Source: Amphiscolops sp. MND2022
Lineage: Eukaryota
Assembly: GCA_964187785.1 (NCBI GenBank)
Contig: OZ076420.1
Location: 53,258,001-53,322,000, forward strand
DNA length: 64,000 nucleotides
Direction: 5' to 3'
Position numbers and translations under genes: made by a program. Below the pieces are notes generated by a model that saw only the letters and a list, made by a program, of their open reading frames with translations, was not told where the DNA came from and did not search any database. Positions 24,900 to 37,572 of the stretch are shown piece by piece (the stretch's first letter is position 1; each line of letters opens with the position of its first letter).

Positions 24900-25755
24900 T
24901 GATTACAACATTTTCCCCAATGCCCCGTTATTGAGCAAAATTCACATTGGTGATTTTTAGCCGGGCATTTTTTAAGTGCTCCAGATTGAAATTATCAGCT
25001 CCGCAACGATAGCATTCCCTTCGATTGTTTTTGTCTACCGAGAATACTGGCTCACTCTTTACTTTTGGTTGATCCACTACGCTTGTGCCCATTGACTTCT
25101 GCCGTTTCATTCCTTCTTCATACGATATGGCGTATTGCAGGGCGTCGGCTGGATTTCTAAACGGTTCTACACACAGTCTTTCCTGCACCTTCTTATTATT
25201 CATGTTCAAAATGAATACGTCGTGCACCAGTGTTTGGGTAATTTCGCCCAATTCACACCTCGCTGCCAGACCGTTTAAGGTGTGCCAGAATTGCTACAGA
25301 GATTCGTTTGGCGATTGTTTACGTGATAAAAAGTGATGTCTATCTAATGTTCTGTTTCGTGCTATTTGAAAACAACCTTCACAGCTCTGTAGCATTTCCG
25401 TTGCTTGCAGGGACCAGATTGTTTTCTCAGGATATTTGTCTCGGAACATTTTCCGACCAGCTTCCCCCAATGACAGGAACACCATGCTCACGGCTTTCTT
25501 GTTTGCCGCTTCTTCTGGCATATCCCCCAGGAGTGCCTTCACCTTCAGATTTGTCTCATCCGCTGTTCTGGTCAATTCGTTCATCGAGATGGAAGACTTT
25601 GCCATCATTGCTACAGCAAAGAGGTCAATCCATTTCTCCAATTCCATTGACGGTGAATTGGCAGCTTCGTGCCAGAATAAAGGAAGCCCCACTAATAGCG
25701 AATTCATTGACGACGGGGTTGATGACGATGACGAAGTTGAAGCTCGCAGCGCCAT
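24900..25755 (-). pseudogene. Gypsy C gag with premature stop and frameshift
   Basis: ORFs 25294-25755 and 24928-25251; RNRTLDRHHFLSRKQ, CYRCG...H...C zinc knuckle. Confidence 0.9.
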
Positions 25756-25952
25756 GTTGAAGTGTTATTAAAGAAATTGTTTGAATGTTGAAGAATGTAT
25801 TATGATCGTTACTGTGAAATGTAGACGTTAAAAGGTAATGTATTTGGCAACAGCAGCTTTTCAAATGATAAGTTAAAGGTGTATAATTCCGTTAGCAGGT
25901 GTTAGTAATATGTTTACAAATATGTCTGTTCGACATTTCTCACTCTATAACA
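25755..25952 (-). repeat. 5' LTR of Gypsy C
   Basis: Followed on the minus strand by PBS TGGCGCTGCGAGC. Confidence 0.95.
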
Positions 25953-28300
25953 GTAACCCTAGAAGATTTACCTCCAAAAGGCAACTTTTCTCAGGTTTAG
26001 ACAAAGTTCCCTTCATGTAGGCCTAGAGCATGGAAGATGTCGAATACTTGTGATGAAGGAAGAAGACGTTTGTGTCTTTTTGTGTCTTCAAAAATAATCT
26101 TTTCTTCAGGAAACCTTTTTAAAATTAAATTTTAAAAAAAACAACGAAAAAAATGAACAAAGTTTTCAAATCCAAATTTTAGAAAAATAACTACACCTGC
26201 TATGTTTAAATATGTTAACTCCTGTGAAAGTCAAAAACCATAACTACCTTTCTTGAAAGAGCTTGAATAACTTGCATGCACTTTAATGTTAACACTGACT
26301 TTATCATGATTTTCTAAAATCCTCACAGAAACGTTTAGACTCGAATGCTTCCCTGTTGTATTCGACTTTTATTGCTTGAAAGATTCATCAAAATTTTGGC
26401 GGCACTTTTGAGACTTTATGTTATACTTAGCGTCTTATTTGAGAAAGTGTGAATACAAAATGATCCTGTCGGTAATGTAGTGTGATTTATTTTGAAATTT
26501 AATTGCACTTGTGGAAAATGCAGTGTAGATTTACAAGATTTACCAGCGGAACCTTTCTGAATTTTTTAGTTACAGCAAATTACCCTGCATGCAGGGCTGG
26601 ATCACGTAAAAAATTCCAGCAGTCTCAAGTCAGGGTTAGCTATCAAGGCCAACTTTTAAGGACTGTTTGATCGAAAACAGTTTTGATAACCAGTGGGAAA
26701 ATGTCATGAAATTTAGAAGAGCTGAAATCAGAGTGGATTTAAATTTTTTCAAGAGGGCGATCAAAAATGTAATTTTATCAGGAACCTAAATGATGAAGGA
26801 ATATAATATCGCGACAGTCACGGTAATAATCAGGCTCCTCTTGAAGTAAAATCAATTTTTTCTGGCTCATATCATCAAAGGAAACGAGGAAAAATCAAGC
26901 GCCAATGATTTTAATTGCTCTCATGCAAAGAAACTTGATTCAATTATATGTACCATTTATTACCTTCAGATACTTTTGTTAGTTAGCAATCCAATTTTTG
27001 TTTTCTTCTCTAAAAATTCGGGAATAAAGTAAAACAATATAAATGATAAAACTTTCCGCATTAGAGAAACGTTGAAGATATGTATATATGGTGTGGTCAT
27101 CAACACAGTCGCAATTCAATTGACAATCAGATAAAGAACTCATTTCCGCATTTTCAACTCAGTTTCCATAAATTGTTCCTCTTGCACTATGCTTATATGG
27201 CTTTTCCTTAGATGTCGCTACATTGTAACAGAAAACAAAACTTCAGTTGCTGTTTCCAAGAATTGACGAGATGCGTTGTGAAGAGTCGGACTTTTCCCGC
27301 ATGTTGAATAGTTTTCCTCGTGATCATCTTTTCCTATGTTCACGTGATACTCCTCAAATTTCATTTCCACACTTTCTTTGTCTCGTGTAGCTGAACAACG
27401 TTTCCACTTCCGCTTTCGTCCACCAGTTTTGTTGATGCAAAAGATTGAGCAGCTGATTACCGTCGATAGTTCTTGAGCTAAGAATGAACATTGCTTCGGA
27501 AATTTAGTTGGGTAAATAATACAAAAATGGAAGAGAAAGCGCTAGTTGATTAAAAATTCATAATCACTCAGGATGGATAGGAACATTATACTATTTGATG
27601 AACTTCGTTATTGGAACAGAGCACTAGTTTTTCCACCGTTGAGTGTCACGTTTTCACGACAAATTTTACCGTTTATCCTAAAACATTTTAATAATGGCGG
27701 TCACAAGCTTTACACAAACAAGGGAATTTTATTCAACATTAGTTTTGAGACGTTTGTCATACAAATCATCTAGTCATAACTATAAACATTTACTATGTCT
27801 AACTGTCATTGCTATCTTAATTCAAAAAGTCCATTAATTTTCTTTTTGGTACATTCGGTGACAAAATGTTTGAATTTTTTATTCAAAAATTTTTGTCTAG
27901 CTCGAAAACTTCAAACTTCGCTTTCTTTTTATCTAGTGACTCTTCCAATAATTGTTGGTTACTTTTTTAGTATTGGTTACAACTTAAAGAATGTTACATC
28001 CTGTTACTATCATTTTTGGAGCGGACAGGTTATTGAATGAATTGTTAATTCGAAAATCAAAGATAGAGCCAAAAAAACTTTTTCTTTGATTTCTGCTCAA
28101 CTTCTTATTGATAGCGCGCTGCCGAAACAAAACTGAAAATAAAAAACTCAAATTCTCAATTCCTCAGCCAGGTTGAAACTGCTTGATTTTTTTACAAGTT
28201 GTTTTGGGTGCCAAAACATATATCATGATTCTATAGAACCCTTACGGACAGAAACGTCTAGGCATTCAATTTCACTGTTTTAATTGAATTTGATCAATCT

Positions 28301-30465
28301 ATAATAATAATAATAATAATTTATTTTACCAGAGGGCATAAATAACAGGCAATAAGTTAAATTAAACAAAAAGAATTAACATAGAAGCCCCTGAAAAGGA
28401 CCCCTAAAGCACTAGGCTTTTCAAGAGGGATCCCTATTATTGGAACAAAAATAATTGTTTTTTTTGTGTGTGGTAGAGATTTCACATCTGGTACTCAAAT
28501 TTTATACACTTGTAATGAATTGATCAGTTCTATCTAGCCGGAATATCCAATATTTGATTGTTCACGAATGGTTATACTAACCATAATAAACGTCTAATTT
28601 TCTCAATGTGGAGCCTGTTTTTTGCGTCTAAAGTAGTTTGAGATCGAGTTTTTGATAACAAGAACCGGAAATTTATTGGCTGCAATGGAGTTGTAAAAAA
28701 TAGTTCAAAAATCCTCCAGAGGTTTCATCATGCCCTTTCATAGTCAGCAAAAATTAATGATCCTATTTTTTGAAACATTGGATCTTGTGATGAAGTAAAC
28801 CATCCCCAGTTTTCGGTTACTTGTAGATAAGCTTCGTAAGTTCCCCATTTCCAAAAATTTAGAAATCCGATGTTTGGTGATACCACTTTTCAAACTGCTT
28901 ATCATCCATTTCACATATCATTTTATCTGAAGGTAATACATCCCATTTGCGTAATGCGTTCATCAGTATTATTGCTCGTTGGTCTAGCATATCATTTTTT
29001 TCCGAAAAATTCCAAATATTAAAACTTACATTCCTTTTTGTCTCTGTTGAATTCCAATGGTACGATTTTGGAAACCATTTCTGATTTGCGCCAGTGCAAA
29101 TTTAAATAGTTCATAGATATGATAATCAAATACAGTTCCAATTTTCAGTTCATTGAATTTTCCGAGAACGCTGGCCCAAGGGGGAAGCCGTAGGGCAATT
29201 CGAATTAGTTTTTTTTGAACTAGTAGGATTTTTTGCAGCTTTGTTTTCGCTCCCAATCCGTACAAAAGAACGCCATAATGAACTATCGGTAATACATAAG
29301 ATCGGATATACTGTACTAATTTACCTTTGTTTACTGTTTCTCTCAGTTTGTACAGTGTGCCGCAATGTTGCGCTAGCTTAGAGACAATTTTTTCGATATG
29401 GGTCACAAAATTGAGGTTTTTGTCGAGATGTAAGCCCAGGTATTTGTAATTTTCACAAGAGAAAAATTCATGGTCGCCAATTACTGGGTTTGAATGTTTA
29501 GTTGATCTTTTCTCAAAAACGGTAAATTTAGTTTTCATGTAGTTACAATCTACACCGTTTCTAGACATGCAGCACTCAAGCAACTTTCCATCCTCCGATT
29601 TATGATCAGGCTTTTCGATCAAAACTGTATCATCTGCGTATTTTATGATTACACTCTGCCAGTTCTCATCTGCCCCGAGATCATCAATATAAATAAGAAA
29701 TGATAAGGGACCTAGTATTGATTCTTGCGGGACACCGCGTTTGATTGATTTCATAGCTGAGCTTTTATCATTTATTCTCACATATTGAAACCTTTCAGCT
29801 AAATAATTTGCAATTAGTTTATGGGAGGTACCTCTAACACCAATATGGTACAATTTTTGTAGTAATACTTCGTGACCTACTGAGTCGAACGCTTTAATGA
29901 AGTCCACAAAAATACAATTCGTTTTCATTTTGGCTTTCCAATTCGCTTGTATTTGTTTCCATAGAAAAGTTGCTGCTTGTTTTGAATCTTTTTTTTTCAG
30001 AATCCGTACTGATTATCTGAAAGAATTGAAAATTTTTCAAGATAGTTCATCAATCTTTTGTGTATTATTTTCTCAAATATCTTTGACACATTTACCAAAA
30101 TTGAAATTGGTCTATAATTCGAGGTCAGTTTTCTATCACCGGCTTTGAAAATTGGAATAATTTTACCAATGTTTAAACTTCTTGGAAAAGCGCATTCTGC
30201 AATATATTTATTGAATGCAGTTTTCAAATATGAACTTATGATTGGAGCAGCCTTTTTCAAAATTTTTGAACTAATATCATCCGATCCTACAGAATTTTTT
30301 GTTTTTCAAAGTCGCAATTAGATTCGCTATTTCAATTTCAGTAACTCGATAGAAGAAAAGTGTATGTGCTTGATAACCCTGATCATATACACATTTGCCG
30401 GTAACCCGGATTACTTTTTGTTGATCTAATAGATGTGTCCTAAGTTTACCAATGTTGGCCAAATA
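28301..30465 (-). mobile_element. 5'-truncated CR1/L2-like LINE
   Basis: RT motifs in ORFs 29997-30260 and 29026-29928; AATAAA followed by (TTA)n on the minus strand at 28301-28325. Whether that tail belongs to this same copy is uncertain. Confidence 0.85.
29026..30260 (-). pseudogene. LINE ORF2 reverse transcriptase domain, frameshifted
   Basis: IIPIFKAG...NYRPISIL...QYGF; FVDFIKAFDSV; GVPQESILGP; YADD; YKYLG. Confidence 0.93.
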
Positions 30466-30544
30466 TAGAGGTGGGAATAAGATCTAAAGAATGGTAGAGG
30501 TGGGAATAAGATCTAAAATGTCAGGACGGGAATAAAATCTAAAA
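30466..30544. repeat. Short tandem repeat TAGAGGTGGGAATAAGATCTAAA (2 full copies plus 1 partial) at the LINE 5' break
   Basis: Read directly. Confidence 0.85.
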
Positions 30545-31859
30545 TCACTAACCCACTTTAGTGTATCTAAATCATGCATAATTTACCCCTCTGAATTGAG
30601 AATATTATCTAAAACCTGGGCAAAAGAAAATTCTTTAATCACCAAGCGCTTTTTCCATGTTGAAATCCGGAAATTCGTTTCTATTATCCCGAAAAAAATC
30701 CTACCTAACACAGCGGCTTCAGGAAACGCGGTGCCGAAAAGCGTCCTTGATGCTACCCGGGCCTTTAAGGTAACCCTAGATCTACCAAAACCAAAAAACA
30801 AGCTAATGAGTTACTCTTTATTCTGTTTCAAATTTCAAATTTTTCTGCTGAGGAGACATCAGAGTTTTGAACGTTTTCGAATATGGTCACTCATACTATG
30901 ACCATAATCGTTGCCATGCTAGTCATAATATGATATGCTATGACCATATTATGATGATCATTTTCAAGCATGATCATACTATGACATAGTATGATTCACC
31001 ATTTCTGAGTATGGTGAACCTGGGGTTCAATAGTGGGTTAAAAAAAGTGGATCAACCTGGGTAGCGATAATTCACATTCACGAACTTTTGTATACTACAA
31101 TATGCGTATATCTATAACTGAACGTAGCTGAGACTTTAGCAATTTTACTGTCATTTTGTGGTAAGTGAACTCTTGTCAAGAGGCAAGGATGGAGGTGTTG
31201 GTAACATTATTTGTAGGAATTACAACGGAAATAGTTTTGTAGAATAAATAATAGCTGACAATCCGTTGATTGACAAGTTTTTTAACTTTGAAATGAAAAA
31301 ATTTGATCCACTATCAGACGTCACTGCAATCTAAAAGTTGACATTTCAAGAGCTGTAGATGTGGAAGTTGATAAACACAATGAATGCTTCAGTAGGATGA
31401 AAAAACTCTGGAAAGCTGTGTTGAAGTCCAGTTTTTAAAAATCGTTCGAAAAACAAATTTAGTAATTTTTGTAAATTGCTGCAAAATAAAAATGCAACAT
31501 TGTCTGAAGTCAATGAAATTGATCGAGAAATATCGAATGCGTCACGTACCCCATGTTGAGTGTCCAGAAAAAACCAATGGTTCGACATGCAATGTCATGT
31601 AAGAAAGACTAAATATAGAAGTAAGTGTAGGAACTCGGGAAGCACAAACGAAAAAACAGCTCTCAAACGTTACAAAAACTTCATACTTCTGAAAAAAACC
31701 TTCTTGAAAAACTTCAATGAAAAACTATTGAGACTTTGATTTTAAAAAACTCAGAAGAATAGGTCCGAAATGGGAGCTGAAAATTGAAAGTTCCTTTCCA
31801 CAATTCGATTTTGAAACTTTCTCCACACACTTTCAACTTTTGCATTTGCTATTGCCGAA

Positions 31860-33480
31860 TTTTTGTGTTGATGAAGTAGAGCTCCCATGCGAATTGAATA
31901 CAACTTTTAGTGATGAAGTGGAGCGAGAATCTCTGCGAAATCCTAAACGAGGAAAATCAGCTGGTCAAGATAATTTTTACCCAGAATTTCGGGAAGATGT
32001 TCCTGGGAACCTCGTTGAAGTACTAAAGAAGTTTCTCAACCTAGTTTCAAGCAGATGAATTGTCTCTGAAGATTGGGCTCTGTCAACTGTATGTCCAATT
32101 CATAAGAAGGGACCAATGACCGGCCTTAATTATTACTGGGGCATTTCGTTTTTTAAAGTTCCATTGGAAAAATTTTGTCCTCAATTATGTGTCCCAATAT
32201 CAAACACTTCATATATTCAACGAACACAGTTGGTTGGGAAAATGATGGCTTCAGAAAAGTTCAGAGCTGTGAGGACCACGTTCTCCCTGACTAAAATTGC
32301 TTCTTTGTGTTTGCCAAATGGCAAACCAAAGTAGGCCACTTTTCTTGATTCCGAAAAAGCATTCTGAATCGCTTTAAATGCTGAATGTCAATTTAGCAGT
32401 GTTTTAACTTTCGAATAAATTGTCCCAAAACAAAACTTTTAATTGTATCGAGGAGAAAGATTGGTAAATCGTTAGTGATGATAATAAACATCAGCCCAAT
32501 GGACAGAATTGACAGTTTTAGCTCTTTAGGGGTTATCGAGTACAATAATACGTTCCAACTAACATTAAAAAATAACGTTGACAAAGCAAAGAAGGAATTA
32601 TTCGAATTGAGAGCTGAAACAAGTGGTCATTAACTGGCAATGACGACAAAACTATACTTGTTGGATTCAATTATTTTACAGATCATAACCTATGGCTGCG
32701 ATGTTTGGGGGCAAGATGTTTTCGAACAGATTAAAATTGTTCATCGGATTTTTTTTGCGAACGCTTTTAAACGTTTCGGAACAGTACCCCAAAGACTTTG
32801 ATTTACGGCGAATTAGGTAGAAGTGTAATAAAATTCAAACTCTGCTTCGAGTTATTGGATTTGGAGAAGGTTGAGGGACGACAAAAACAAACTGTTGTCC
32901 CTAATGTAAAAGTACCTACGAAAAATTTCGAGAATTTTTGATAGTGTTTGGAATTCACAAGATTTTTTCGAAAATGTTAATGAAGCTTACTTTAAAGATT
33001 ATACCAAGAATAAGCTACAGGATGTGTCGAAACAACAGCGGAACACATCAGTGAAAAATAGCTCACTCTGCAGAGTGTATGCTTCATATAAATACAAATA
33101 TCGACTCGAGTCAAATGGTTTTACCCTGAAAACAAAAGATAGAGTGGAATATAGGAGATATCGATGTGCTGCACTAATTATAACAGAGGTCAGGGAAAAG
33201 TATTCAGGGGTAAAGCGGACGCATTGTCACTTCTGTAATTGTCAGGTGAATGCTGACGAGTTCCACTTTTGACTGGTCTGCGCTGAGTTACATGACTTGC
33301 GTGCCAAATAGCCAAGCAAGTGCTATTAGCAAAACCGCAGTCTGTTGAAGCTATTCCAACTTATGAACTTGACACGCACCGTAAGTTTAACGCGCCTCTG
33401 TATGTATCGTAAAGTTGTCACCGACCGCGTCCGCTGTAAACCTCAAATTTTGAGTTTTGTACACTCTACGGGGGAACAAA
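31860..33480 (+). mobile_element. Heavily degraded LINE ORF2 (tentatively RTE-X-like)
   Basis: GKSAGQDN (about 31950), PIHKKG (about 32095), FLDSEKAF (about 32340), TKLYLLDSII...YGCDVWG (about 32650), C-terminal CHFC...DEFHF..C knuckle (about 33225-33280). Confidence 0.75.
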
Positions 33481-34774
33481 TGTGAATCGAATATTCATTC
33501 ATCTGAGGCACTGGTTTGTTTATCTGGGCGGGCAATCCAACTGAATCCACATTTGGATTTCATGAGACCTTTGAGAAGTATGGATCCTGTTAGGGCTCAG
33601 ATTTTTTTGACAAAAAACTAGGTAATGTAAAGGTGAGTAATTAAATAAGAATTGAAAAAAGACTGACAATTTATATCTTTGTATGAAACTAGATCTTTAC
33701 AAAAGGAAATCTAATTGTTGGCAGTAACAGTTTGGTTTGAGAGGACGAAAGCAATTACTCTTTCAAATCATTTTCGGCAACATTTTTGGTGTTTTCTCAA
33801 CGTTGAACTCCTAATCTATGATAAGAACGACTTTCTCTTTGTTTGATTCTGGATACGCAATTAATGGGGCTGTCACTGAGCCTCGAGGAAAATAAATAAA
33901 AGGGCGATAATTATCTGATTTTTTGACCGAAAGGTCTCTACTTTTTCTTGTTTGGTTAATTTTGCGAGCGTTCGTGATGCGTTGCGCCTCCGTAACATCA
34001 ATTATTCGCAAAACTCCCCAATTGAGGTTAGTTTTTATCAAGCGCGTTGACCTTGAGCTTCGCGCTGAGCACTTTGGAGCCGAAGTTTTTAGTTTTTGAA
34101 ATCAAGCTTCACATTTTAGATGTCATTTCATTTTCCAAAATTTGCACGTGAAGTTTTTAGATTTCCACAGTCCAAAAATTGAATTCGGGTTCAGTTTGGC
34201 AATTTGCGAAGTTTCTCAATTGGACGAATACTTGTGTCTACTAGTTTTCAAAAATAGAGTCCACATCGCTGGTATTCATTCACCAGCTCAGTTTAGGATG
34301 AAATATAAGGCTAAACGAATGTTATTTTGTTTGGACCGGGGAAGGTCCTTTTGAACCATCAAATTATCCCTGTCATGTTTCAGTATATGAAAGTTTCAGT
34401 TTGTAGGCTATCACATGAAGTTTTTGATTTTCCAGGAAATTCGAACTGTTCGAAATTCATTTCTATTTGCAGATTGTTCGTCTTCAAGGTCTTGAATTGA
34501 CCAGGAGAGAGAATTAGGCTCAAACTATAAATATACTTTTTGTTCATTTCTCTTCAAGAACTCGCTAGAAATTACAATGTTTTATAATTTGAGATTAATT
34601 TTGTCCACTGATAAGTTCATTACTGTTTCCATATTGTTTTGGCGGTGGGGAAAAACAGAAAAGACCAACTTTTCAAGATATTCAATAAAACGATTGAGAA
34701 GCATTTAGCAAAAATAGTCAAATGTCTCAATGGACATGATTAACAATGATTAAAGATCATATTTTGTCAGCTCC

Positions 34775-34896
34775 ATGAGATTTAAATGTAGGCATGGAAT
34801 TATTTTACTTACAATCGCCGCAACAATCTTCGTTTTCTGCTCACTTCCTCCAGCTAAAGAACGTCTCGATGGAATCGCTATTCGTCAACCAAACAG
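34775..34896 (+). CDS. Candidate first coding exon of the GT61 glycosyltransferase gene (signal anchor)
   Basis: MRFKCRHGIILLTIAATIFVFCSLPPAKERLDGIAIRQPN: basic tail then hydrophobic helix. Acceptor ttttgtcag before 34771, donor AG|gtaagt. Linkage to the later exons is inferred. Confidence 0.6.
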
Positions 34897-35059
34897 GTAA
34901 GTTATTACTTTCAATTCAATCATTTTGCTACACAACAAGCAGTTCAAACATTTTTTAATGTTTCATCTTTTCTATGTAATCTACTATTTTATCGAAAAAA
35001 ATTGGACTTTTTTGAAAATTTATGAACAAACAGGCGATTGTTGATAGCGTTTGACACAG

Positions 35060-35276
35060 TGTATGTCTTGCCAAGCTCTTGGCAGTGTCAGAATGTTAGT
35101 GAAAATGCAGGATGAAGGATCACGTTCCACTCCTTCTCATTTTCTCCACCATACTTCTATTGTTCCCCATCTTTTTTGTTTTTCGATTTCTTCGCAACGT
35201 TTCATATCGACTCAATTCTGTTGGTACAGGCACCAGTTGATGGATCTTTGAAACTTTTGCTGTGATTTACACTGAC
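35060..35276 (-). pseudogene. Merlin (IS1595/ISXO2-like) transposase C-terminal remnant
   Basis: VNHSKSFKDPSTGACTNRIESI*NVAKK, then WWRK...DP...IFTNIL in a shifted frame; resembles the VNHS..F.DP.TG.hT..IES.W motif. Confidence 0.75.
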
Positions 35277-36039
35277 AAAAATTTATAGAAAGACTTTTCA
35301 ATATTAAACAAGCCGGGAACAGCCCAAGTCGGCGCCCCGCTCAAGGCACAAAAGTGTACCCGGTGAACGTGGTTTTAGTATCACTTGTTGGATGAAGATT
35401 TTACAAAATCCAAAAAAGTCTTATAGTACTGAAAACCTGACCCTAAAGCATTACGTTGACGAAAATTATGTGAAACTTCAGGGAAAATCGATAATGTTAT
35501 ACGAGAAATGAAAACGTTATATCCGAACTTTGAAAACGTTACATTTAAACTTTGTAAACGATATATCCGAACTTTGAAAACGCAATTTTCGGAAAAAAGT
35601 CACATAGTGCCAAACAAAACCAAAGAGGCGAGCGACTTTTTGGTCTTCTCAACTTTTGGAAGCATAAAAAATTTGTTGTTTAGTGCGAGACTGAACCCAT
35701 GCTCTTCTGCTTCTCAGACCCCAGAAGTCCGGGTTAACTTCTCGGCTAAGAAGCTGAACAAATGAACAAAAAAGTAGATCATTCCAGAGTGAACTGAAAC
35801 AAAACTACTCACTGTAATAGTCGGGGGCACTTTTCTCAGGAGAAGCGCCGACTAAAGATTAATTTTTTGAAATTATGTGAAATGTTTCATTGGATTTCAA
35901 TTGAGAGCAAATTAATTGCTAAAATAATACCATCTAGAAAAAAATGTGTGTGTGCATGGGGGTTTGGGTTGGGCTGTGAAGGCAAAAGTTCTGTTACAGT
36001 TTACTATTATCACCTTTCCGATGTTTATTGTGTTAACAG

Positions 36040-36185
36040 CCGACTCTTTGCAAAGCTTCACATATCAATTTCCAAGTCTGAGCCTTGCATCACTGTCAAG
36101 AAGGACAATCTCTCGCAAACGACGAATGCTCTCTCGTTCCGAAATGTCATGATCACTCAGAATAATGCAACTCTAGCAGCACAAG
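36040..36185 (+). CDS. Tentative internal exon of the GT61 gene (stem region)
   Basis: Acceptor tgtgttaacag; phase 2 matches exon 1; open frame RLFAKLH...ALSFRNVMITQNNATLAAQ. Donor position unresolved. Confidence 0.4.
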
Positions 36186-36508
36186 GCTCTTTTTTGTCCC
36201 AGGTTGTCCTTCAGAATTTGAAATGTGATCGAAACTGAACACATCATAGAAATTACAAAAAGTCAAGGTGATTTGTTCTCTGAGGGATGCAGAAGAAATG
36301 TTATGAAGGTTCCAAACTGTCAAACAATGGACATCTAATAATGACAAGAACTGTAGCTTCGCTTGAGTTTTTCAATGTGTTCAATGCGCTTTTAATTTAA
36401 TGAAGCGTTCAATGTAAAGAAAACATGTTTTTCGAAACTATAACAGCTAAAATGAAGAAAGTAGAAAACCCGCCTGTTAACCAAAAAGAGCCTTTAACTA
36501 CTCTACAG

Positions 36509-36597
36509 AATTGTCGTCTGGAAAATGGACATTTCACCGCGGATTCATGAAGGTTCTCTGCCCCGTTTTCAATTTCACCAGCGATTTCATTTCCCAG
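36509..36597 (+). CDS. Tentative internal exon of the GT61 gene
   Basis: Acceptor ctctacag; LSSGKWTFHRGFMKVLCPVFNFTSDFISQ; possible CAG|gcgagc donor. Phases to neighbouring exons unresolved. Confidence 0.3.
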
Positions 36598-37230
36598 GCG
36601 AGCAAACATCATAAAAGTTCGTTATCCAGACTTTTATTTTGACTCTAAACACAAATAAATAGTGTACAGTTAAAACCAGCCCAATACAATGGTTTGTCAT
36701 TGAGCTTCAGTCTCATTGTTAATATATCAATGCTGCCACATAATGGAAAAAATAGTCCTCATCACTTGCTACCAGACTACCAAAATCATGCTAGAAGTGT
36801 TTGGAAACCCAGCAGATTGAACTAGTGATAACCATTTTGGAAGCCTGCTCTACTGTTTGTCTTCTCTCGAAAAAAATTGAAGTCACTCTAGTTCAGATGG
36901 CGACGAAGAATGGATTTTTTGAGGTTGAATGCTACAGCAGAGCGAACTTCTCAGTGATAGCTGAGATCAGCATGTGCTAAAATAAACATGATTATGAAAA
37001 CATTTCCGCAAGAAAAGGGACCATGTTCCTTGTTTTCTTCCCACATACACTGTATTTGTTACCCACTTTCAGCAGTATTTTATATTTTAAAAAATAACGT
37101 TTAAAAAAACAGTGTATCTGGGGGAGGTAAAAGATATGGTGCTATTCAGGAATGTACTCTAAAGAGTTCGTGTTTTTGAAGCAGCTTTTAATTCACATGT
37201 AGCATGTGAAGTTTTGTTGTATAATTCTAG

Positions 37231-37407
37231 GTTTGCTGTCGACAATGCCTGTCGTGTATACCAACGGTACCAAGCAGTATCTTACCAAGTCAATCGAGTC
37301 GTGGACTACTTTGGAGTCGGTAGTGTTTGTGGTCAGAGAGGAATACGCAAACCCATACTGGGTGCTCATTGATCTCATCGACCTCTATTTGACCTTAAAC
37401 CAGTCAG
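37231..37407 (+). CDS. GT61-family glycosyltransferase exon (REEYAN motif)
   Basis: ttctag| ... |gtaagt, 177 nt, phase 1-1, only one frame open: ...SVVFVVREEYANPYWVLIDLIDLYLTLNQS. Resembles plant XYLT LLVTRFEYANLFHTVTDWY (recalled). Confidence 0.8.
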
Positions 37408-37572
37408 GTAAGTCATAGAATCTTCTTGGTCTCTCATGAAACCATGAAAATCATACCCAATTTCATGTACATGTGTCATCGCTGAAGTAAATCAAGGTGA
37501 TGTCCAACAGAAAACCGGGGTTTAGGTAGTATTGAAAAAATTGAATTTTATGAGAAACCAGCTGAGCTGTTT

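Larger units (their letters stand above)
13863..25062. repeat. Tandem duplication, 2 x 5600 bp (13863-19462 and 19463-25062)
   Basis: Constant 5600-bp offset of sequence and ORFs; about 20 substitutions and no indels by manual count; junction with TTT microhomology at 19463-19465. Confidence 0.97.
20585..25952 (-). mobile_element. Ty3/Gypsy LTR retrotransposon C, full length, decayed
   Basis: 198-bp LTRs (20585-20782, 25755-25952; 4 substitutions), perfect TSD GTAAC, PBS TGGCGCTGCGAGC (tRNA-Ser-like), PPT AAAGAGGGAG. Confidence 0.97.

Noticed and set aside
25740-25755. gag start MALRAS
   Set aside because: The ATG is formed by the final A of the LTR plus TG of the PBS; it is probably not the true start.
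30690-30790. Minus-strand exon-like segment SRVTLKARVASRTLFGTAFPEAAVL
   Set aside because: Isolated, no recognisable family and no partner exon found.
35033-35115. Phase-compatible second GT61 exon (RLLIAFDTVYVLPSSWQCQNVSENAG*)
   Set aside because: It would end the protein before the catalytic domain, and it overlaps the end of the Merlin remnant on the opposite strand.
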